This document shows positions 9,821 to 19,022 of a DNA stretch of 32,000 nucleotides, piece by piece. Below the pieces are notes generated by a model. It worked only from the letters and a program-made list of their open reading frames with translations, ran no database searches and had not been told where the DNA came from. The position numbers and the translations under genes were made by a program. The number at the start of each line of letters is the position of its first letter. Position 1 is the stretch's first letter. The DNA is from Fastidiosibacter lacustris (lineage in GTDB: Bacteria; Pseudomonadota; Gammaproteobacteria; Francisellales; Francisellaceae), in contig NZ_QLIR01000001.1 of assembly GCF_003428155.1 (NCBI RefSeq), positions 180,001-212,000 on the forward strand. Direction: 5' to 3'.

Positions 9821-12800
9821 TTAGCTTGACAGAAGGTGTAGTATTTTAGTTCGTGAGCCTGTTGTTGTAGGTATAAGATAAATATTGTATTCTCTGTTGG
9901 GAGAAAAGCTAACAACTTTCCAAATATAGTGGTTATCAGTGATTTCAGGCAACACGTCCTGAGTACACTCAAATGCATAATTTCCCCCGTTAGTTTGTGT
10001 TCTCTCCCAGCACGCCTGATACTCATTTCTACTCGCTTCTCCTTTGTTAAACAACAAACTAACAACATTTACATCCTTTGAATATAAGTCAGGAGGGGGA
10101 GCAGGTAGTGTTGTTATATCCTTTAAATCAATATGAAACTCGTGGATTTTATCACCTATAGTATTCTGTAGCATAACAGTAACGTTCATATCTTTCTTAA
10201 CAGAGATTTCATATGGAATAGCTAACGCTATTACATCGGCATTATCCAGTGCTGTTACGGTAAATGATCCTATTTTATTTGTAGTCCAGTCTGGTGCTCT
10301 TACTGTAAGTGTCGCTTTATTTATTTCGCTTGACACCATGCTCCAGTCATCTGGGATATTCCAGGTATATCCATCCTCTTTCGGTTGACGGTTTGGCGAA
10401 TTTGGCGGTGTAATATAGTTTGCATGCAACGTAATTTCCATATTCTCAATAACAGAATTAGTACTACTTTCTATATTGACCTCGCCTCCTAAGCTCGTAT
10501 TAGCCTTCACCGTTACATTATGTATAGCTAAGTTATCCGTTGTAATACCAGCAGCATCCGTCACTTTAACGGTAAATAACCCCACTTCATTTAAATTCCA
10601 GTGCGGTGCTTTTACTGTAATAGTATTAGAAACATTAGCGGGTACAATTAATTGTTGGTTACTTGTATTCGCTATTAAGGTTAAGTTTGATGGTGCTACT
10701 ACTCCCCAGTCAAGTGGAATCGTCCATGTGTAGCTCTCAGCCTTTCTATTAGGCGAATCATCCGGTAAATCATAGTTTGCAGTCAACTGAATTGTGTCAT
10801 TCTCTGTAGCCTCATTTCCTCCACTAATCCTTGCCGTGCCTTGTAAGTTCGGATTAGCCTTCAGTGTTACCGCATGCTCAAATGCGAGCGTTGTAATGTC
10901 CGCATTATCTGTTGCTGTTACGGTAAATACAGCCTTAGGAATACTAGCCCATGCTGGAGCAATAACGGTAATCTGCTTTTGATTATCATCTGAACGTGTC
11001 TCATCAAATTCCCAATTGTCTGGAATAGTCCATTTATACGCCTTTACCTGACGTTGTGGCACATTAGAGTTGTCAAATATTGCTTTTAAAGCTATCTTCT
11101 CATTCTCAATTACTTCATCATTCGCTTGAACTGAAACTATTCCCTTTAAATCATCATTTTTCTCAACTTCAACTAAGATAATTGATGTTTGAACACTCTC
11201 ACCTGAAGTTGCTTTAAGTGTTATTTGATGGGTATTGTTCCCTGTAGGATTATAATAAGGCGCTGTAAAAGTATATGTTGCATTCTCATCATCATAATAA
11301 CCGCTTAAACCACTCCACTCATAATGAGGTATTTCTTTTAATAATCTTGACCTTGATAATGCTAAGGAAATTTTTCCTGTTTTATGCTCTGTAACCTCAA
11401 TAGATTTAGGCACCTTGACAAAGAATAGATTATCTGTAATATTTTCTAAATTTTGAATTCCTAGCTTATCAACCAAATTTATTGTTTTTAACCTTAAATT
11501 ATCAAGTGTGCTGTCAGCATCAAGCCAACGTCCTATATAATTCTCATTGTTGGCATTTTCCTGATGTTCTTCAAAACTGTAATACACTGCATCTTTGGAG
11601 CCAACAAAGCTACGAATATAGTTCGGAGTTGTTTGAAGATTTAATATATTGTTGTTTAGACGCGCCAAAGGAAAACCACTGTTTAGCCTCCCGCTTCCAT
11701 ATAAGGTTCCATTTTGACTTATTTCAAGTCTATTTACATAACCATTTCTTTTTAAGAAGTCCTGGTTAAATGGAATTGGAGTGGTAATTTTGTCGGTTTC
11801 ATTTAATTTTTTTACTTCTTTATTTTCACCTTGATTTAAATCATAAAAATTAAGCTCAGTATTATTATCAATATAATATAGTCGTTCTGATGGAAGTATA
11901 TTATACCTCCCTTGTTCTATGGCTTTTAGGTCAGTGTCGCCTTGACCACTATTTGCAAATTGAATGTCATATTGAATATTTGCTTCTTTAGTTACATCTT
12001 CTTTGCTGAAAGTGATTGAACATGAGCTTTTACTACTGATATTTTGGTTTAGGCAATCTTGACCCATTTCAATTTTAATATTTTCAGTACTTAACGTGAG
12101 TTTTTGATCTTCATTCGTATTATTATTATAAACGTCTAATGTGTAAAGGTTTTCACCTATTCTTACTGGTTCATATACAAATGCAGATCGATTGGATTTA
12201 ATAGATTTAATAGCTACAGTGATATCTTCTAGTAAATTTGTATCGCCTTTTTTAATGGTTAAATTATGCCAGCCCGATTTTGTATCGCTATTTTCGTCAA
12301 CTTTAAGGTAGCAAGAAGCGTTTGTATTTAAAATATTATTGGTTAGTGAAAGACAAGAAGGTGTGCTGTTGATTATTTGACCGTTATTAACTAAAGATAG
12401 TCCATCTAAAGAAAAGCTAGATAAATCGACTTGAGCCCAATTAAACTTTGAGTTATTGGTTATTACAATTATATTATCTTGAGCATAGTTGTCATCGTTT
12501 ACAATGCTGTTAGATTGTATTTCGAGCGTGACAGGTGCTACCGTTATATGACTTGTTAACACGATTTCCTGTGGATGTTCTTTATTACTTTCATCTAGTA
12601 GTGTGATCTCAACGGTGCCTTTACCTTTAGCATTAGAATTGACATTAAATTTAAGCTCGTATATTTGTTCATTATTTAAATTATGATTTTGTGTAAAATC
12701 ATTTTCATTACCCCAGTCAACTCCGCTTAATGTATTTTTGTTAAATTCAACTTTTGTGATCTTTAAATTTGGACGATAAGTAATTAACTTAACGGTGTTT

Positions 12801-13657
12801 TCCCCTGTATCTTGAATAAATAAGTTCTCAATTTCTGCTAAAGCTTGACGATCATCAATAAATTGAATAGTCAACTCTCCACCTATATTAGCTGCTGTAA
12901 GTAAGCCAGCTTGATTAGCTGCTCCTTTGTTACGTACAGCATTTATTTTTGCACTTATTTCATCATTTAAAACAACACTTGACTTGCCTTCAAGGTGAGC
13001 GATTTTACCGATAACTTCACCATTCAATAACAGATTAATATTGTTAATCGCATAATTAAAAGGATTGTACAAACTAACCTTTTTATCGCCAGAAATATAG
13101 ATTTTATTATCCAACGCATCCAATGAATTCATCAATATTGGTTGAGACAAAAGATGTGAATGTTTATTTACAACATTAATAATGCGGTTATACGAAATTT
13201 TTTCTCCATTTGATAAGTCAATCACAATATTTATATTTTTTAAGCCTAAAGTATCAAACTTTGCCTTTAATGGAAGAATACAAAACTCTGTAAACGAATT
13301 AAATGATTGTGGGCTTGCATTTATACAACTATTAATTGGAGGAAGATTATCAAGGTCAATCTCAACATTTTTAGGAAAAATGTCAATAGCTTTAATTTGA
13401 TACGTGCTTACGTGTTTACTACCTACTTTCAATGTACTTGAAAGGTTTGAGCTGCCGATAGATAAAGAGCCTAATGCCTCCTTATCCTTTGCAATATATT
13501 CTGGAAAAATAGTCCCTCCTTTATTATCTGATGCCACTATCCCAGATACTTTTTTATCATCGTTTGCAGTTGGGCTACCACCACAAGCAGTTAATATTCC
13601 TGCTAAACACAGTAAGGTAATTTTTTTCATTCCACTTTCTATTTTGTTTCTTTTCAT
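9821..13657 (-). CDS. Large outer-surface/periplasmic lipoprotein with tandem Ig-like repeats, function unknown
   Basis: Signal peptide and lipobox MKKITLLCLAGILTAC|GGS, with the Met at 13630 (or 13657 for MKRNKIESG...). The body is beta-rich and Asn/Thr-rich, and the C-terminal third holds three related modules (ENx.I.L.A...NRQ...YTW.IP.DW...V.AP.W...G.FTVTA.DNAD). The listed ORF opens at 13729. Confidence 0.75.
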   Translation of the reverse strand: MKRNKIESGMKKITLLCLAGILTACGGSPTANDDKKVSGIVASDNKGGTIFPEYIAKDKEALGSLSIGSSNLSSTLKVGSKHVSTYQIKAIDIFPKNVEIDLDNLPPINSCINASPQSFNSFTEFCILPLKAKFDTLGLKNINIVIDLSNGEKISYNRIINVVNKHSHLLSQPILMNSLDALDNKIYISGDKKVSLYNPFNYAINNINLLLNGEVIGKIAHLEGKSSVVLNDEISAKINAVRNKGAANQAGLLTAANIGGELTIQFIDDRQALAEIENLFIQDTGENTVKLITYRPNLKITKVEFNKNTLSGVDWGNENDFTQNHNLNNEQIYELKFNVNSNAKGKGTVEITLLDESNKEHPQEIVLTSHITVAPVTLEIQSNSIVNDDNYAQDNIIVITNNSKFNWAQVDLSSFSLDGLSLVNNGQIINSTPSCLSLTNNILNTNASCYLKVDENSDTKSGWHNLTIKKGDTNLLEDITVAIKSIKSNRSAFVYEPVRIGENLYTLDVYNNNTNEDQKLTLSTENIKIEMGQDCLNQNISSKSSCSITFSKEDVTKEANIQYDIQFANSGQGDTDLKAIEQGRYNILPSERLYYIDNNTELNFYDLNQGENKEVKKLNETDKITTPIPFNQDFLKRNGYVNRLEISQNGTLYGSGRLNSGFPLARLNNNILNLQTTPNYIRSFVGSKDAVYYSFEEHQENANNENYIGRWLDADSTLDNLRLKTINLVDKLGIQNLENITDNLFFVKVPKSIEVTEHKTGKISLALSRSRLLKEIPHYEWSGLSGYYDDENATYTFTAPYYNPTGNNTHQITLKATSGESVQTSIILVEVEKNDDLKGIVSVQANDEVIENEKIALKAIFDNSNVPQRQVKAYKWTIPDNWEFDETRSDDNQKQITVIAPAWASIPKAVFTVTATDNADITTLAFEHAVTLKANPNLQGTARISGGNEATENDTIQLTANYDLPDDSPNRKAESYTWTIPLDWGVVAPSNLTLIANTSNQQLIVPANVSNTITVKAPHWNLNEVGLFTVKVTDAAGITTDNLAIHNVTVKANTSLGGEVNIESSTNSVIENMEITLHANYITPPNSPNRQPKEDGYTWNIPDDWSMVSSEINKATLTVRAPDWTTNKIGSFTVTALDNADVIALAIPYEISVKKDMNVTVMLQNTIGDKIHEFHIDLKDITTLPAPPPDLYSKDVNVVSLLFNKGEASRNEYQACWERTQTNGGNYAFECTQDVLPEITDNHYIWKVVSFSPNREYNIYLIPTTTGSRTKILHLLSS
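10195..10489 (-). repeat. Ig-like protein repeat unit 3 (approximate boundaries)
   Basis: Encodes GEVNIESSTNSVIENMEITLHANYITPPNSPNRQPKEDGYTWNIPDDWSMVSSEINKATLTVRAPDWTTNKIGSFTVTALDNADVIALAIPYEISVKK. Confidence 0.65.
10490..10843 (-). repeat. Ig-like protein repeat unit 2 (approximate boundaries)
   Basis: Encodes GTARISGGNEATENDTIQLTANYDLPDDSPNRKAESYTWTIPLDWGVV...ITVKAPHWNLNEVGLFTVKVTDAAGITTDNLAIHNVTVKANTSLG. Confidence 0.65.
10844..11143 (-). repeat. Ig-like protein repeat unit 1 (approximate boundaries)
   Basis: Encodes GIVSVQANDEVIENEKIALKAIFDNSNVPQRQVKAYKWTIPDNWEF...ITVIAPAWASIPKAVFTVTATDNADITTLAFEHAVTLKANPNLQ. Confidence 0.65.
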
Positions 13658-14118
13658 TTCTTTTCCCCCGGTTTTTTGAATTGTTTGAATTATAGATATC
13701 GTCTCAACATAAAACAAGATAACCTTCAAAGTAATTTCCTCCCCCTTAGCAGAATCATTTTTGGGTATAGGATACGTTTGGCAGTAGAAATAAAGTTATT
13801 TCCATGGATTTAAAAAAAGAAAAAGGATTCCTATCATGGTTAAGCCATTATATAATGTTGTACAGAGTCAATTGCACATGCTTATACCTTTACCACTGAT
13901 GGTGGTGACAGCGTGAACTTACCGGATAATAGCAATCCAATTTAAGTTTTAAGTCAGTTGGCAATTGAATTTGATTCTCAATCAAGAGTCAGTCGATAAA
14001 CTCTATAATATTGCTGTGGATTTGGTAAGACAGGTACTAGAGAAAGGAATAGATATTGATCATAGCAGCAATATTGTAATAAGGAGTATTATATAAACAA
14101 TCTATTGGCGCACGATTA

Positions 14119-14519
14119 CTAGCACAAAGTATAGGTAATAGGTGTAAGAGATATATCTACAGGTGTTGTATTCATAAATTTATCGGTAATCTGTAAAGTA
14201 GCGGTTCTTTGTCCCATACTTTTCTTTTCTGGTCTTTGTAAATAATATTTGATGTTTTTTCTTATACTCATGTGACACAAACTGATCTAGTGTTTTATCT
14301 AACAACTCTTGTCGTGAATAACTTAAGAAAATTTTCAGCAGGTTTATTTGCTTCAACAACATGCTGTTTATCGTCAAAAACTAAAATGGCATCATAAAAT
14401 AAGTCGATACATTCTTTGAAAATTGAATTTTTAAGAAAATCATGTGATAGTAATTTTGTATCATCCATTTTGTCTACTCCTTTTTTGACCAGCTTTGTAT
14501 AAATTTTCGATTTAGTCAC
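14119..14519 (-). pseudogene. Degenerate PAS-domain protein gene with at least two frameshifts
   Basis: Three frames together give a PAS-like core: DAILVFDDKQHVVEANKPAENF (frame of ORF 14295..14519), then LSYSRQELLDKTLDQFVSHEYKKKHQILFTKTRKEK (frame of ORF 14180..14377), then SMGQRTATLQITDKFMNTTPVDISLTPI (third frame, stop at 14119-14121). Confidence 0.6.
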
Positions 14520-14702
14520 TTGTTTTAAGTATTAAGTATATAATTTGTTATAAAATCGCTAGAATCTCGCTACAGGGTACGATATAGCTTTGATTTTGCT
14601 TGTACTTACCTATTTTTTATTGATTAGAATATATTTTATCATATCCTTTTGCCAATATTTCGTTATGATAAGGGTTCAAGTTTATTTCATTAAAGGAACT
14701 TT

Positions 14703-16181
14703 ATGATGAATCAAACAAAGGAGTCTCAGCCTAAATCGCTGTATTACACTATTGCGGTCAATGTGTGGGAGTATTTTAGTTATTACGGTATGCGTGCGTT
14801 ATTGGTTTTGTATTTAACACAGAAGCTGTTATTTACCGATAACCATGCTTATGCACTATATGGCGCGTATACCGCACTTGTATATGTTACACCAATTGTA
14901 GGGGGTATGATCGCGGATCGGTATTTAGGTTATTATTGGGCGACTTTACTGGGGGCGGCAACGATGGTTGCAGGTCATTTGGTTTTGGGGCTAGATGGTA
15001 GTGGGCTTTATTTTGGTTTGGCACTTGTTATCTGTGGCTATGGCTTATTCAAAACAAATATATCTTGTTTATTAGGAGCCACTTACTCACGTGAACACTC
15101 AAAGCGTGACAGCGGATTTGCCTTAATGTATGTTGGTGGCAATGTTGGCGCTTTTGTTTCTCCTATTTTGTGCGCATGGGCAGCGCAAACATGGGGGTGG
15201 CATTATGGGTTTTTATTAGCTGCAATTGGTATGGCAATTGGGCTTGTTATTTTCATTAGTGGTCGTAAACATTTTAAAGCGGGCAATGATCCACAATGGC
15301 AATCGTTAAAAGAGAAGGGGTTAATTAATATTAAAGTGTTACCGTCTATTGTGATATTGATTGTATTAAGTGCTGTTTTTTTTAGCTTTGCGCTTTATTA
15401 TTTGTTTGCGGGTTGGATCTTATTTTTATGTGTGGCAGGGAGTTTATATTTCTTATTCTTTTTGTTTTTGAAGCTTGATCGGAAAGATAAAAAAGCGCTA
15501 TTTGCTATTTGCTTCTTTATGATTTTTGGTTTGATTTTCTGGGCATTTAATCAGCAAGGTGGTAGCTCGATTAGTTTGTTTGTTGAGCGTAATGTTATAC
15601 GTGAATTTGATGGCTTTATAATTCCAGCAGCAGCTTTTCAATCGATTAACCCATTTGCGATTTTAATTGGTGGAGTCATTATGTCGCAAGTTTGGTATTG
15701 GTTATTAAAGGCAGGTGTGCACTTTAGGGCACTAGTTAAAATTACTTTTGGCTTATTGTTTCTCACCTTTGGTTTTTTTATGATTATGTTAGGTGCTAAA
15801 ATTGCAGCAGCAAATGATGGACACGTTTCTATGCTGTGGGTAATGGTTGGTCTGATTATGATTGGTTTTGCTGAGCTTTTTGTAGATCCGGTGGCACTAG
15901 CTGAAATTACACGTCTTAATCCAGGGGGATCAGTTGGATTCTTAGCAGGACTTTATATGCTTATTACGGGATCGATTGCAAACTATTTGGCAGCCGAGAT
16001 TGCAACACTTACGAGTGTCGATGCAGCTAAAACAGCAGGGGATTTCTTAATCACCAGCGCCACAAACTACTATAATGTATTTGACATGATTACTAAGGTC
16101 TCGGCAATTTCTTGTGTGGTATTGATTGTGATTTGTTTTATATTTTTTACCTTCAGAAAGTTTAAAACAGATGTGTCCTGA
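14703..16181 (+). CDS. Proton-dependent oligopeptide transporter (POT/PTR family)
   Basis: ExxxYYGMRxxLxxY signature in NVWEYFSYYGMRALLVLYLT, GGxxADRxLG in GGMIADRYLGYYWATLLGA, and multiple TM segments (FFMIFGLIFWAFNQQGGSSISLF). Confidence 0.92.
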   Translation: MMNQTKESQPKSLYYTIAVNVWEYFSYYGMRALLVLYLTQKLLFTDNHAYALYGAYTALVYVTPIVGGMIADRYLGYYWATLLGAATMVAGHLVLGLDGSGLYFGLALVICGYGLFKTNISCLLGATYSREHSKRDSGFALMYVGGNVGAFVSPILCAWAAQTWGWHYGFLLAAIGMAIGLVIFISGRKHFKAGNDPQWQSLKEKGLINIKVLPSIVILIVLSAVFFSFALYYLFAGWILFLCVAGSLYFLFFLFLKLDRKDKKALFAICFFMIFGLIFWAFNQQGGSSISLFVERNVIREFDGFIIPAAAFQSINPFAILIGGVIMSQVWYWLLKAGVHFRALVKITFGLLFLTFGFFMIMLGAKIAAANDGHVSMLWVMVGLIMIGFAELFVDPVALAEITRLNPGGSVGFLAGLYMLITGSIANYLAAEIATLTSVDAAKTAGDFLITSATNYYNVFDMITKVSAISCVVLIVICFIFFTFRKFKTDVS

Positions 16182-16231
16182 TTCTTGTGTGATTTTGAAT
16201 CTTTAATTGTCTTTCTTTTAGATATAATGAG

Positions 16232-16963
16232 TTATTTAGCCCCATCAACGATTTGCTTAATCACCATGCCTGCAATGGTAAGTCCAAATAAAGCAGGCAT
16301 ATAGCTAATGGTGCCATTAACAGCGCGATCACGTCCAGAGCCAATGACAGGTTCTGGTGGTAAAGGCGGCAAGGAGTTTTCAGTTGAATAAACCGCTAGA
16401 ATTCCTTTTGTAACATGTTGACGACGTAAGCGAATGCGCATGAATTTTGCAAGTTTGCACACACGTGTTTTATAAATGTCATCAACTTTTATTTGAGTAG
16501 GATCAAGTTTGCCACCGGCACCCATACTCGAGATAACCTTATAGCCTTTTTTATGTGCAGTACTAACAAACGCAACTTTACAAGCAAGGCTATCAATTGC
16601 ATCAATAACAAAGTCATAAGGTTTATTGAGAATATTATTCATATCCTCTGTACGAATAAAGTCTTCGACAATATTGACTTGGCAGCTAGGGTTAATATCC
16701 AAAATTCTATTTTTCATGACCAATGCTTTTTTAATACCAATAGTGGAATGAAGAGCAACGAGTTGACGATTAAGGTTGGATGTAGAAACGGTATCATGAT
16801 CGATTAAAGTAATCTCCCCAACGCCACTGCGCACAAGTGCTTCAGCAGCAAAAGAGCCAACACCACCAATGCCTGCTAAAAGAACATGTGCATTTTTAAG
16901 TTTATCAATACCTGTATTATTAACTAAGATAGAAGTGCGCTCAAATAGACCTGTGTGTTGCAT
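16232..16963 (-). CDS. tcdA: tRNA threonylcarbamoyladenosine dehydratase (TcdA/CsdL, E1-like)
   Basis: LLAGIGGVGSFAAEALVRSGVGEITLIDHDTVSTSNLNRQLVALHSTIGIKKALVMKNRI, DAIDSLACKVAFV, SSMGAGGKLDPTQI and GSGRDRAVNGTISYMPALFGLTIAG. Confidence 0.93.
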   Translation of the reverse strand: MQHTGLFERTSILVNNTGIDKLKNAHVLLAGIGGVGSFAAEALVRSGVGEITLIDHDTVSTSNLNRQLVALHSTIGIKKALVMKNRILDINPSCQVNIVEDFIRTEDMNNILNKPYDFVIDAIDSLACKVAFVSTAHKKGYKVISSMGAGGKLDPTQIKVDDIYKTRVCKLAKFMRIRLRRQHVTKGILAVYSTENSLPPLPPEPVIGSGRDRAVNGTISYMPALFGLTIAGMVIKQIVDGAK

Positions 16964-17152
16964 AAAATAAAATGGAAACTTAATTTTTTGTGTAGTATGT
17001 CATATTTTGTAAATAGATTCATTATTCTTGTTTATGAGATTTTTATACACGGTGATCTTTTATCAAAAGCTATATACCTATCACAAAATTTAAAGTCATA
17101 AACGCTATAAAATGGGTTGTTATGAGTATATAATCCAAACCTCATAAAGTAT

Positions 17153-18955
17153 ATGGTAAATGAGTTTCTAAAAATGACTGTTGTGCAAAGTGAGTTACCT
17201 GTAGATGTATTGATACTTGAAGACTATTTAACTACTCTTTTTTCTCAGGCATTTGAGAAGTTAAGCTTAGAACCAAAACTAGCTAAGGTCCAAATGTCAG
17301 CACGCCCTGAATTGGGTCAGTTTCAATGTAATGGTGCAATGCCTTTGGCAAAGCAACTAAAAAAATCACCTATCCAAATTGCCAATGATATTATTAATCA
17401 GGTTAAAGACAACCTCATCTTCAAGGATGTTACTGGAGTTATGCCAGGATTTATCAATATTACTTTAAATGACAATTTTTTGGCAGATTGGATGAATCAA
17501 ATGTTAGCTAACTCACGTTTAGGTTGTCCTAAAACAGAAACTCCACAAAAAGTAATGATGGATTTTGGTGGTCCTAACGTTGCTAAGCCACTGCACATAG
17601 GACATATTCGTTCACCATTAATTGGCGATTGTTTACAACGTGTTTATCGCTTTTATGGAGATGAAGTGTTAAGTGATGTGCACCTAGGTGATTGGGGGAC
17701 ACAGATGGGGATGCTGATTGAAGAAATTCGTAAAATGTATCCTGATTTGCCTTACTTTGATGAAAACTTTACAGGTACGTATCCTATAGAACCCCCTGTT
17801 ACTGTAGATGAGTTATCTGAAATTTATCCACGTTCTTCAGTTCGTTGTAAAGAAAATGAAAACGAGATGGAAAAGGCGCGCCTTGCTACAGCAGAGCTCC
17901 AAAAAGGCAGACGTGGCTATCGTGCACTATGGCAGCATTTTGTTAATGTATCTATTGCAGAGCTTAAAAAAGACTATGCGGATTTAGATATTTATTTTGA
18001 TCTTTGGAAAGGTGAAAGTGATGTGCAGGCACTTATCGATGATATGGTGAAAAATTGCTTGGATAACGGCGTTGCTAAAGAGAGTCAAGGTGCAATTATT
18101 ATTCCAGTTGCTGAAGACGATAAAACTCCACCTTTGATTTTAGTTAAATCTGATGGTGCAGTTATGTATGGTACAACCGATTTAGCAACGATTTTAGAGC
18201 GTGTCCAAGACTATCAAGCACAAAAAATCATTTACGTGGTGGACAAGCGTCAGAGCCTGCATTTTAAACAAGTCTTTACTGCGGCTAAAAAAGCTGGTAT
18301 TGCGCCAAATACAGAGCTTATTCACATTGGTTTTGGTACCTTAAATGGCAAAGACGGAAAACCGTTTAAAACCCGTTCAGGAGGAGTAATGCGTTTAAGC
18401 ACATTAATTGACGAAGCAAAAACACGGGCTAGTTTACGTGAGCAAGAAGGGCTAAGTAGAAATGAAAAAGAGGATATTATTAATAAAGTAGCATTAGCAA
18501 CGGTAAAGTTTGCTGATCTTTCTAATGTTTACACCTCTGACTACATTTTTGATTTAGACAAATTTTCGCAGTATGAAGGTAAAACAGGACCTTATTTATT
18601 GTATTCTGCCGTACGAATTAAATCGATCTTGAGAAAGTTAAACTACTCAGTTAGTGGTACATTACAATATAAAATAAGTAAAGCTACAAATGACGCTGAG
18701 CGTAATCTGCAACTTACTTTAACGCAATTACCATTAGCATTACAAAGAACCTATGATAAATGTGAGCCACATCATTTGTGTGAATATGCTTATCAAGTGG
18801 CTGTACAGTTTAATAAGTTTTATTCAGAGTCTCCGATTGCAACTGAAGAAAATGAGACGACTCAAAAATCAAGAATTGCACTTTGTCAATTAACACTCAA
18901 ACAATTGATTTTAGTATTAGAGTTACTTGGTATTGAAATTCCTGAGAGAATGTAG
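17153..18955 (+). CDS. argS: Arginyl-tRNA synthetase
   Basis: GGPNVAKPLHIGHIRSPLIGDCLQRVYRFYG (HIGH motif), HLGDWGTQMGMLIEEI, KSDGAVMYGTTDLATI, YVVDKRQSLHFKQVF, FGTLNGKDGKPFKTRSGGVMRL, and C-terminal YAYQVAVQFNKFY. The start may be the internal Met (LKMTVV). Confidence 0.96.
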   Translation: MVNEFLKMTVVQSELPVDVLILEDYLTTLFSQAFEKLSLEPKLAKVQMSARPELGQFQCNGAMPLAKQLKKSPIQIANDIINQVKDNLIFKDVTGVMPGFINITLNDNFLADWMNQMLANSRLGCPKTETPQKVMMDFGGPNVAKPLHIGHIRSPLIGDCLQRVYRFYGDEVLSDVHLGDWGTQMGMLIEEIRKMYPDLPYFDENFTGTYPIEPPVTVDELSEIYPRSSVRCKENENEMEKARLATAELQKGRRGYRALWQHFVNVSIAELKKDYADLDIYFDLWKGESDVQALIDDMVKNCLDNGVAKESQGAIIIPVAEDDKTPPLILVKSDGAVMYGTTDLATILERVQDYQAQKIIYVVDKRQSLHFKQVFTAAKKAGIAPNTELIHIGFGTLNGKDGKPFKTRSGGVMRLSTLIDEAKTRASLREQEGLSRNEKEDIINKVALATVKFADLSNVYTSDYIFDLDKFSQYEGKTGPYLLYSAVRIKSILRKLNYSVSGTLQYKISKATNDAERNLQLTLTQLPLALQRTYDKCEPHHLCEYAYQVAVQFNKFYSESPIATEENETTQKSRIALCQLTLKQLILVLELLGIEIPERM

Positions 18956-18998
18956 GAATCAATCGCAAAATCATTCTCTTATTAATGCGTAACTCTTA

Positions 18999-19022
18999 CT
19001 TGACTAGTCGTACTAGTGCAAG
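18999..19022. terminator. Possible hairpin/bidirectional terminator between convergent argS and pcs
   Basis: CTTG-ACTAGT-cgt-ACTAGT-g-CAAG forms a 10-bp stem with one bulge. No flanking poly-T tract, so the assignment is weak. Confidence 0.3.

Noticed and set aside
9772-10068. 98-aa minus-strand ORF overlapping the 3' end of the lipoprotein gene
   Set aside because: Out of frame with the long gene and mostly contained in it. The composition is not protein-like and there is no ribosome-binding site of note.
10476-10982. Plus-strand ORFs 10476..10733 and 10794..10982 antisense to the large lipoprotein
   Set aside because: They lie entirely opposite the repeat-coding region and look like reverse-strand shadows of the beta-rich repeats. 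No start context or recognisable domain.
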